This document shows positions 1 through 6,958 of a stretch of DNA of 6,958 nucleotides, piece by piece. The position numbers and the translations under genes are program-made. Source of the DNA: Octopus sinensis. Its lineage: Eukaryota. Location of the stretch: positions 1 through 6,958 of the forward strand of contig NW_021829045.1 of the NCBI RefSeq assembly GCF_006345805.1. Direction: 5' to 3'. The stretch's first letter is position 1. The number at the start of each line of letters is the position of its first letter. Below the pieces are notes generated by a model that saw nothing but the letters and a program-made list of their open reading frames with translations, ran no database searches and had not been told where the DNA came from.

Positions 1-46
1 CACAGAAAGTATGCGAAAAACTTGAACGTAGTCCAAAATGAACAAA

Positions 47-318
47 TGTATACATACATACGTACGTGCATAAATACATACATACATATATAACATGCAT
101 ACATACATAAATACATAATGCATGCATGCATTCATACATACATACATACATGCATGCATGCACACATACATATATGCATACATACATGCATAGATACAAA
201 CATACCCCATGCATGCAAACATAGGTTTGTGTATATGCTTGCATGTATGTAAATATACATATATATATCATACATATATATATATATATATTATATATAT
301 ATATATAATATATAATAT
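47..318. repeat. Degenerate (TACA)n/(TGCA)n grading into (TA)n low-complexity tract
   Basis: Directly visible tacatacata/catgcatgca/tatatatata runs. Confidence 0.9.
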
Positions 319-408
319 AAAGGTAAATAATTATCAATTTTAAAAAAAACCAACAATTATTACCGGGTAGATTTCTATATGGAAATATAACCATTATCGG
401 TAGGAACT

Positions 409-700
409 TGCAACAGCTTGGGTTTCAGAGGACCACAGCTCTTTAACATCCCCCCTAAATGCCTGAGAGACTTGCATGGTGTGGATGTGGGTTTTTTTAA
501 AACTAAACTGGATCTCTTCTGGTCGGGGGTCCCAGATGAACCTACCTCGCGACAGGAGACACAGATGCGGGCAGCGGCATCGAACTCCCTTATTGACCAA
601 GTGCCACGTATCAGAGGTGGATTCACATATTAGTGTAGCTCATTCAGCGGTGGTGCCCCATCATGGCCGCAGCCTTCGGGCTAAAGCATTTTTAAGGATT
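409..700 (+). mobile_element. 5'-truncated CR1-group (CR1/L2/Crack-like) LINE: ORF2 C-terminus plus short 3' UTR
   Basis: Frame 409-633 reads CNSLGFRGPQLFNIPPKCLRDLHGVDVGFFKTKLDLFWSGVPDEP...RAAASNSLIDQV. This fits the GPxLFNxLP...FKxKLDxxLxxVPDEP...AxSNSL post-RT tail of invertebrate CR1-group ORF2s. Stop at 631-633, then a GC-rich UTR and an AT-rich tail at 701-721. Exact clade assigned from motif recall. Confidence 0.8.
671..682 (+). other. Stem-loop AGCC-TTCG-GGCT (cUUCGg tetraloop) in the LINE 3' UTR
   Basis: 4-bp stem closing the very stable UUCG tetraloop, just upstream of the element's 3' end. Confidence 0.5.
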
Positions 701-808
701 TATATATATAAATAAATAAAAGGGCAAGCAACAGGTTGCTTAGCCACATACCGAAAAATTAGAAATAGTTGTCAAAGACCGCTTATTTCAATTCTCTACA
801 AATATAAC

Positions 809-833
809 TCCACATACAACATATGTATGTGGA
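809..833. other. Perfect inverted repeat (hairpin) TCCACATAC-aacatat-GTATGTGGA
   Basis: 809-817 is the exact reverse complement of 825-833. It lies at the point where Tx1-like homology ends. Confidence 0.7.
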
Positions 834-835
834 TG

Positions 836-1080
836 CGCTCTGACCGCATCTCGGGCAGGTTGATCCGTGTTTCTCGAGCCATGCTTGTAGAGCCTATCTG
901 GAACGGGTAGCGCTTCTCAGTAGCACTGCCAAGCCAGGGATCTCTGGAAGTTGTCCATAGGTCTCGGCCCGGAAGTCGTCTTGAACCGGCGGGTCAGGTA
1001 TTCCTCGTCGACGCCCAGGTTCGCCCCGAGATCGTCGTCGTACCTCCCCTCCACTAATCCCTTATAGAATGCTTTGGTTG

Positions 1081-1081
<1 letters not shown>
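836..1081 (-). pseudogene. L1/Tx1-clade non-LTR retrotransposon ORF2 fragment, zf-RVT (C-terminal zinc-binding) region, disrupted
   Basis: Minus-strand translation from 1081: TTKAFYKGLVEGRYDDDLGANLGVDEEYLTRRFKTTSGPRPMDNFQRSLAWQCY*EALPVPDRLYKHGSRNT. After a frameshift (~862-868) it continues GSTCPRCGQS (CPRC at 857-846). This matches the zf-RVT pattern sxKxxYxxL...lxWxxxxxxLPxxdrLxxxG...CxxCg. The stop TGA (919-917) is plausibly CGA->TGA. Third codon positions are strongly GC-rich. Confidence 0.8.

Positions 1082-1173
<92 letters not shown>
1081..1173 (+). repeat. Perfect (TAGA)23 microsatellite
   Basis: Directly counted. Confidence 0.98.
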
Positions 1174-1375
1174 TGTGACCGCGTGTGTACCGTTGGCGAT
1201 TTTTTTCCTCTGTCTTCCCTTCTCTGGATCTTTCCTTCTCCTATGTTTCCAACGAAGAGCTCCGCTCGAAACGTTAAACCCTCCTTCTTTCCTCAGCGTC
1301 CATTAATACTATATTTGTTTCCACGTCCTCGCGTTGCTGTGTTTTTTTTTTGTGCTTTCATGTTTGGATTAACTT
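1174..1375 (+). mobile_element. Penelope-like element (PLE) terminal-repeat/3' UTR fragment
   Basis: Pyrimidine-rich ~200-bp segment containing a PLE-type minimal hammerhead motif, bounded on both sides by (TAGA)n. No RT or GIY-YIG coding sequence is present, so the call rests on the ribozyme motif. Confidence 0.65.
1245..1279 (+). ncRNA. Degenerate minimal type I hammerhead ribozyme motif (PLE-type)
   Basis: GTTT-CCAACGA-A-GAGC-TCC-GCTC-GAA-ACGT-T-AAAC. Stem I is GTTT/AAAC, stem II is GAGC/GCTC, followed by GAAA, a palindromic loopless stem III (ACGT) and a GUU cleavage triplet. The core reads CCAACGA instead of CUGANGA (changes at 1250 and 1251). Confidence 0.7.
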
Positions 1376-1504
<129 letters not shown>

Positions 1505-1571
1505 GCACACATACAGATCGACAGCTATTTGTATATGTGTATACGTACACGTGAGTGATATTACCAACTCA

Positions 1572-1665
1572 TGTCGTCGCTGTTGTTGCTGCTGCTGCTT
1601 CTGCTACTATTGTTATTGTCACTGCTAGTGTTGTTCTTGTAATTACTGTCGCTTTTGTTCTTGCT
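1572..1665 (+). repeat. Degenerate trinucleotide tract (GTC/GTT/GCT/ACT)n
   Basis: tgtcgtcgctgttgttgctgctgctgcttctgctactattgttattgtc... Confidence 0.7.
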
Positions 1666-1786
1666 GAATAATCCGTTGGTCAGCTTCACTCATGAAAAGC
1701 CAAATATTTAAATATTAACGTTGGTCCCTTTTTTCTTTTCTTTTCTTTTCCAATGGCTCCCTCCATCCTTTCTCCATTCCCTTCAG

Positions 1787-1892
1787 ATACCTACATACAC
1801 CATCTGGCGGACAGAAGCTGTTTCCTTATAGTCAGAAACCAGAATACTGTTATCAACAAAACACCGACCCATTGGAAAGCCAGCGAATGTAA
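1787..1892 (+). other. Candidate terminal coding exon of an unidentified host gene (weak)
   Basis: Long polypyrimidine tract (1727-1784) ending TTCAG at 1786. One phase reads YLHTPSGGQKLFPYSQKPEYCYQQNTDPLESQRM* (1788-1892). No homology recognised. Confidence 0.2.
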
Positions 1893-2302
1893 CAATGATT
1901 TCAAGAAGCCATTTCCTTTTTCTTGCTTCCTTTTATTCGCTTTGGATGTATCCCCGTTGCTTAAAAGTATAAATTACCATCCAAATTGCTTTAGGTTTCT
2001 ACTCCAAAGTATTTATTCTAGTTTAATTGCAACATTTCATGTTAGCAATTAATGCAAAAAGTCAATTAAACAAGGGGACCATAAACCAGCGCGAAGATTC
2101 ATTATAAATAGCAAAACTATATTTAATTGTTTCACGGTTGGTAGATAAAACAGTTACCTAATATATAGAGTTTATAGCACGATATATACATACATATATA
2201 CATCGCTGTATACTTGTAAATGCTACACACGGACGGACAATAATTTCTTCTTGCCAACCAATGAAAAACAGCTATTAATACCCATTCACTTGTATATTAC
2301 TT

Positions 2303-2372
2303 GTATTTTCTTTCTTTCTTTCTTTCCATCTTTCTTTCATTCCCTCTATCCTTCTTTCTTTCCTTTTTTATT
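2303..2372 (+). repeat. Degenerate (CTTT)n tract
   Basis: tctttctttctttccatctttctttcattccctctatccttctttctttcc. Confidence 0.75.
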
Positions 2373-2460
2373 CATTTCTTCATCTTATTGAAACAACACC
2401 CTGTTTGCTTCAAGCAGATGTTTTGCTGGCCCAATGTGTCGTCTGCGTTTTTTAGCGATC

Positions 2461-2536
2461 TATCATTATTATTATTACTACTACTATTATTATTATTATA
2501 TTATTATTATTATTATTATTATCATTATTATTATTA

Positions 2537-2618
<82 letters not shown>
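2461..2618 (+). repeat. Imperfect (ATT)n microsatellite
   Basis: About 50 ATT units with CTA/ATC variants and small slips. Confidence 0.97.
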
Positions 2619-3000
2619 TTCGTTGTACTTAGAGAGATTTTATTACTTTTCATCCAGCTTAAAGCTTGTAATAAAACTAGTTTATTAGATACCGAATCAA
2701 ATAGGAAAATATTTATGGACGTATTTTCAGTCTCTCAGTTTCCACAGCTTTTAAATATATTTCGTTTCATTTCGTTTAATCTGTGGACAAACGGACAAGG
2801 CAAGTCAATCAAGTCTTGCTTTCTTCTATCAAATTGCTTAGTGAGCTAAAACATGTTCTCATTATCGGAGAGGATTTTGTTAACAAGGGCAGATAATTCT
2901 TTGCCTCATTTAACTCACTGTTTCACTTTGTTTTCATGGTTTCATTTTATGCTGTATTTTTATTTTATTTTGTTTTTTGGTGATATATGTTTCGTTTTAT

Positions 3001-3095
3001 TTTCTTTCTCCCTCCCTCTCTATCTCATTCTTTCTCTCCCCAACTCACTGTCACTCTTCCCCTCTCTCTCTCCCTCTCTCTCACACACTCTCTCT
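3001..3095 (+). repeat. CT-rich low-complexity tract
   Basis: ctctctctccctctctctcacacactctctct. Confidence 0.8.
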
Positions 3096-3109
3096 GATCG
3101 TGATCATTT

Positions 3110-4030
3110 ATAGCGTATGAATTAAGGATTTGCGTTCTTGGGATCCCCAAGATCCCATGTTCAGCCATACTTTGCTCCAGACTGGTCGGTATGTATCCTG
3201 TTGCTCCAGTAATAATAGGTATGAAGCTGAAAATGTATCTTGTGGACTGGATTTGCAAACAACATACCAATGGTCCATAGATGTCCTGTTTCTTACCTAT
3301 TTTTCTAACCACTTTCGTGTCCAGATGTCAGCTGATTTCCACAACAGAACACACCGTCTCCTTGTGGTCCCACGCCACAATACCTGGCCGTTGCGGTATT
3401 TCAACTTCATGGCATTTCTAATTTTTAAGTTCCCCCAATCGTCCTTTTTGACCCATCGTTCTCAACATAGTACAAATAGTCCGCAGATGTTTTCAAAACC
3501 GTTCCAAACCGTTCTGGTCCCTGCATCACATCACGCCTCATAGGAAGATGTCTGGAAGACATTATCTCGCAGTTGACAATAATGTGGTTGATGTCTTCAG
3601 TCTTGATCTTGCACAGGCGACATCTGTTGTTCGTCAATATTTTCTGCCTTTTAAGCAGTAGGTACTTGATGGTGACCACTTGTTCCAATTCAAATTGCAT
3701 GGTGGTAACCTTCGAAGCGAGAGGACACAAATTTGTCAGTACACCATGCCAAGCTTTTGACGTGGTCAATCCCTTCTATTTCTGATCAACCCCTTGTGTT
3801 TTTCGTGCCTAGTACCCATGTACTGTCTTTTCAGTGAAGAAGTTCATTTTTTTTTTCATTTTGCTTTTCTGTTGGATTTTACCATTGCTCCTTGGGGGGA
3901 GATCTGTATCAGCTCTTATTACAGGCCTCTCCTCAAGTTCATTAGCTAGCTTAATTATGTTGCTGATTTCGTGGTCACAAACTTGAGCAGAATAGTTACT
4001 GGTCACTTTCCTCTGCCGCAGAGGTTGCAC
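3110..4030 (-). mobile_element. Degenerate REL-type (R4/Dong-like) non-LTR retrotransposon, post-RT C-terminal region
   Basis: Across frameshifts and stops the minus strand reads ...EKTVHGY*ARK...IDHVKSLAWCTDKFVSSRFEGYHHAI/EQVVTIKYLL. It then has an intact CCHC knuckle CRLCKIKTEDINHIIVNC (C-x2-C-x8-H-x4-C, 3622-3569). The REL domain follows: QRPGIVAWDHKETVCSVVEIS*HLD...KKQDIYGPL...FSFIPIITGATGYIP, with the RPD motif reading RPG at 3390-3382. Confidence 0.88.
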
Positions 4031-4093
4031 GTACGTACGTATGTATGTATGTATGTATGTATGTATGTATGTATGTATGTATGTATGTATGTA
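4030..4093 (+). repeat. (CGTA)n grading into (TGTA)n microsatellite
   Basis: cgtacgtacgtatgtatgtatg...; abuts the upstream end of the REL LINE fragment. Confidence 0.95.
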
Positions 4094-4109
4094 TATGATT
4101 GGATACGCA

Positions 4110-4158
4110 TGTGTGTATACTCACACACACACTCTCAAACACACACACACACCACACA

Positions 4159-4189
<31 letters not shown>

Positions 4190-4230
4190 CTCACAAAAAC
4201 ACACACAAAAACAGAACACACTCACACACA
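4110..4230 (+). repeat. Mixed (CA)n/(TA)n low-complexity tract
   Basis: Directly visible. Confidence 0.9.
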
Positions 4231-4278
4231 GATAGGTGGATGGATGGATAGATAGATGGATGGATAGATGGATGGATA

Positions 4279-4373
<95 letters not shown>
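4231..4373 (+). repeat. (GATG)n/(GATA)n compound microsatellite
   Basis: Mixed GATG/GATA to ~4279, then a perfect AGAT array to 4373. Confidence 0.96.
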
Positions 4374-4374
<1 letters not shown>

Positions 4375-4516
4375 GGACACACGCACTCACACAAATCCAC
4401 ACACGAATAGAATGAGAGTAAATGAGAGTAAATTAGACCAAATGCGATAAATCTTAAATACGGCACGAGCAGACAAAGAGGGAAAGAAAAACAAAGACAC
4501 AAAGGAAGAAACAAAG

Positions 4517-4538
4517 AGAGGGAGAGAGAGAGAGAGAG

Positions 4539-4580
<42 letters not shown>

Positions 4581-4762
4581 CATATGTGTGTGTGCGTGCA
4601 CATGGCTGTATGCATGTAAATAAATATATAAATGCATGTGTGTACATGTATGTGCGTATATAATGTGCATATAAATATATATATATATATGTATGTATGT
4701 ATATATATATGTGTATCTATAGTAAGTATGCACGTATGTATATATATATGTGTGTATGTATG

Positions 4763-4793
<31 letters not shown>

Positions 4794-4830
4794 ATCTATA
4801 GTAAGTATGCACGTATGTATGTACATGTAT
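4517..4830 (+). repeat. Compound (AG)n-(TG)n followed by degenerate TATG/TA tract with an internal 31-bp duplication
   Basis: AG run ~4517-4541 and TG run 4542-4573. GTGTATCTATAGTAAGTATGCACGTATGTAT occurs at 4711-4741 and again at 4790-4820. Confidence 0.92.
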
Positions 4831-4836
4831 GGGTGA

Positions 4837-4896
4837 GAGGGCACATTGCCTTGTGGTTAGTGTGTTCATGATCGCGAGTTCGTGGTTTCAATTCCT
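4837..4896 (+). mobile_element. tRNA-derived SINE head (Pol III A and B boxes), truncated right after the B box
   Basis: A-box-like TTGCCTTGTGG at 4846-4856 and B-box-like GGTTTCAATTCC at 4884-4895, with tRNA-like spacing. No acceptor-stem 3' half and no SINE body follow. Confidence 0.65.
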
Positions 4897-4927
4897 ATTA
4901 TCATTATTATCATCATCATCATCATCA
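4897..4927 (+). repeat. (ATT)/(ATC)n tract, read as a (TGA/TAA)n tail on the minus strand
   Basis: attatcattattatcatcatcatcatcatca. Confidence 0.85.
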
Positions 4928-5411
4928 CTTATTCATTTTATCACAGGTTTTGTTGGAGCCAAGGAGGCAAAACTTTTGTAACAGTTCTCCCGGGCACTCT
5001 ATTCCAATTTCATTTATATTCCTCTTGATGCCTTCTGATACTGTTCCCAAGGGCCCCACAATAATTGACACTATCTTCATTTTCTTCATTTTCCAAAGCC
5101 GGACTATTTCGTACTTAAGAGAGTTGCATTTATATATTTTTTCGCCTTCCATCTTGACTATTCGTGGGTCAGTGGGGTACGCAACATCAACTATATAACA
5201 CATGTCGATCACTACTAGGTCCGGTCTGTTATGCTCTAGCACCTGATCTGTGTGGGTTGGGAAATCCCAGAGGATTTTGCTAGTCTCCGATTCCGCCACT
5301 CTCTGTGGTTTGTGCTCATACCACGTCTTGCCTCTCTTTCGCCCCCACTTTTCTCACAGTTTCCAATGTAGCACTTTCGACACCTGCTCATGTCGCCAAA
5401 ACTTGTAGTGG

Positions 5412-5413
<2 letters not shown>
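4925..5413 (-). mobile_element. 5'-truncated R4/Dong-like non-LTR retrotransposon fragment encoding the REL endonuclease domain (disrupted)
   Basis: One frame from 5413: NHYKFWRHEQVSKVLHWKL*EKWGRKRGKTWYEHKPQRVAESETSKILWDFPTHTDQVLEHNRPDLVVIDMCYIVDVAYPTDPRIVKMEGEKIYKCNSLKYEIVRLWKMKKMKIVSIIVGPLGTV...LLQKFCLLGS. This shows the typical RH..V..HW.LC, WYEH.P, ILWDF, HNRPD, IDVA.P.D, EK..KY, EI.RLW and LLG motifs. Stop at 5356-5354 where Cys is expected. Confidence 0.92.
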
Positions 5414-5477
<64 letters not shown>

Positions 5478-5487
5478 TATTATTATT
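5414..5487 (+). repeat. (TTA)~24 microsatellite, the (AAT)n tail of the adjacent minus-strand element
   Basis: Near-perfect array with one CTA variant. Confidence 0.97.
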
Positions 5488-6020
5488 GAGTGAGAGAGCA
5501 GTTCATGTCATCAAAGTGACACTGGGGTAAATATATACGAAGCCCAATATACCCATCATGACTACCCGTCTGATAAGGGTACACCAGGCACATGCATCAC
5601 AACCATATGTGCGCGACATGGTGATCTCATATCAAGATAAACAGCACATGACCTTGCAGGTAGGGCCCAGTTAGAATTTTCTTCAGATTGAGTAGCCCAT
5701 CCCGCTCAAAAGGTCCCTGAATAAGGGTTGTTTAAGGATGTTGAAAGAAACACCCATGTTTCCAGAGGTGAATTATTCAAACCGCAAAGAATCCCTCTCA
5801 ACACATGGCTATGATGCTCCCCCACTACTTCTGCTCGTGATCAGAGATGCACATATCGTCAGCCACTAAGGGACATGCTCAACTGGCTAAGGTCAAACAA
5901 GTGACAAGCAAATCTGTGGTATTGAGCAGAATATTTGCTGTAGCCCATCTTTTATACCAAGACAAAACAATGTACATGATAACACTTCCAATCAGTTAAG
6001 ATCAGAAGTCATGAGAGCCA
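5488..6020 (-). mobile_element. ~530-bp non-coding interspersed repeat bounded by (AAT)n (SINE-like element or LINE 3' UTR; family unassigned)
   Basis: Complex sequence with no ORF, delimited on both sides by TAA arrays. Its end (5488-5583) recurs at 6043-6137, showing it is repeated. Orientation is inferred by treating the long (AAT)n as the 3' tail. Confidence 0.65.
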
Positions 6021-6042
6021 TATTATTATTATTATTATTATT
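6021..6042 (+). repeat. (TAT)7 tract
   Basis: tattattattattattattatt between the two copies. Confidence 0.95.
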
Positions 6043-6137
6043 GAGTGAGAGAGCAGTTCATGCCATCAAAGTGACACTGGGGTAAAATATACGAAGCCCA
6101 ATATACCCATCATGACTACCCGTCTGATAAGGGTACA
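6043..6137 (-). mobile_element. 95-bp truncated copy of the terminal part of the 5488-6020 element
   Basis: Aligns to 5488-5583 with one substitution (catgtc/catgcc) and one 1-nt indel (taaaTatatac/taaaatatac). Confidence 0.85.
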
Positions 6138-6195
6138 AAATGTTTCGCAGCAATTCTTGTGGTTTTTTTACATTCTAGGCACACGCATTACAACC

Positions 6196-6212
6196 ATTAT
6201 TATTATTATTAT

Positions 6213-6264
<52 letters not shown>

Positions 6265-6304
6265 TGTTGTAGTAGTAGTAGTAGTAGTATCATCATTATT
6301 ATTA
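6196..6304 (+). repeat. Compound (ATT)n-(AGT)n-(ATC/ATT)n microsatellite
   Basis: Directly visible. Confidence 0.95.
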
Positions 6305-6668
6305 TCCCTGTTATTATAGTTGGTTTCATTCCAAGCTCACTGTTTTTGTCAATGGTGAAGTGAACAAGGGAGATAACACATGCGGAAGATAAAAAAAATA
6401 TAAACATGGCAGAGTGCGTAGTGTATGTTGCTTAGATTTCTTGTTATCCTTCAGAAAACAGTTCCTGCCTGGTAATCTGTCTCCATGTCCATTCTCTGCA
6501 TCTGTAACATCCATGAATAATCAATAAATCATTCATTGACTGATTTTCGCTTTGGCTTTTCTTAGGATCCCTTTTTTGCCGCGTTTGTATCCTGGTTTAT
6601 TTGTATGAAGCGTTTTGCGAAACATCATGGCGCCGATTATACTAGTAAATATGCTTAAATATGTCGTT

Positions 6669-6670
6669 AC

Positions 6671-6753
<83 letters not shown>

Positions 6754-6885
6754 GTGTGTGTATATGTGTGTGTGTATGTGTATGTATATATGTGTGTGTG
6801 TATGTATATATGTGTGTGTGTATGTATATATATATATATATTGTGTGTGTGTGTATGTATATATATGTGTGTGTGTGTGTGTATA
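6669..6885 (+). repeat. (TA)n-(TG)n and mixed TG/TA microsatellite
   Basis: TA run, long TG run, then alternating TG/TA blocks. Confidence 0.97.
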
Positions 6886-6958
6886 ATTGTATGGTGTACG
6901 CATAATCTTATGCATATTTGGACGTGGTATATATTTAAAAATTGTGACACCATATTGC

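Noticed and set aside
726-741. Inverted repeat AAGCAAC-ag-GTTGCTT
   Set aside because: A 7-bp stem with a 2-nt loop and no context; compatible with chance.
2301-2849. 182-aa ORF with poly-L/Y/I runs resembling a membrane protein
   Set aside because: Read-through of (CTTT)n and (ATT)n repeats from a non-ATG start; an artefact.
3130-3543. 137-aa plus-strand ORF (also 375-626, 3573-3785, 4950-5198)
   Set aside because: These are antisense shadows of LINE coding sequence on the opposite strand.
4411-4433. 10-bp tandem duplication AATGAGAGTA x2
   Set aside because: An ordinary slippage product with no evident function.
4837-4896. Functional tRNA gene
   Set aside because: No cloverleaf: the 3' acceptor strand is missing and the anticodon arm is shortened. 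It fits a SINE head instead.
5530-5585. CTGATAAG with an upstream GAAG as a possible second hammerhead
   Set aside because: CTGATAA lies inside a TACCC/GGGTA hairpin loop, there is no GAAA, and stems II and III cannot be formed.
5980-6020. Vague resemblance of the element's end to U2 snRNA stem IIa
   Set aside because: No branch-point recognition sequence (GTGTAGTA) or Sm site, and the similarity is too short to support.
6455-6471. 17-nt micro-exon (TTCAG...CTG/GTAATC)
   Set aside because: Weak donor, not frame-preserving, and no other support.

Overview
Eukaryotic, AT-rich, non-genic or intronic DNA. Roughly 25-30% (hand estimate) is simple repeats, and much of the rest is decayed retroelement fragments. 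The repeat make-up suggests an invertebrate genome such as a coleoid cephalopod (Octopus-like); this is inference from recall, not a database match. No complete host gene is supportable, and most ORFs in the track are microsatellite read-throughs. Recognisable pieces, in order: (1) 3' end of a CR1-group LINE (+, ~409-700). (2) A GC-rich L1/Tx1-type zf-RVT fragment (-, 836-1081) that the ORF track misses. (3) A ~200-bp Penelope-like terminal-repeat fragment carrying a mutated minimal hammerhead ribozyme (+, 1245-1279), sitting between two (TAGA)n arrays. (4) Two different R4/Dong-like restriction-endonuclease-like (REL) LINE fragments (-, ~3110-4030 and 4925-5413). (5) A tRNA-derived SINE head (+, 4837-4896). 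(6) A ~530-bp non-coding (AAT)n-tailed element (-, 5488-6020) with a 95-bp near-identical partial copy beside it. Most notable: the degenerate hammerhead and the co-oriented stack of elements separated by (TAA)n tracts at 4897-6304. I see no evidence of a novel multi-gene system.
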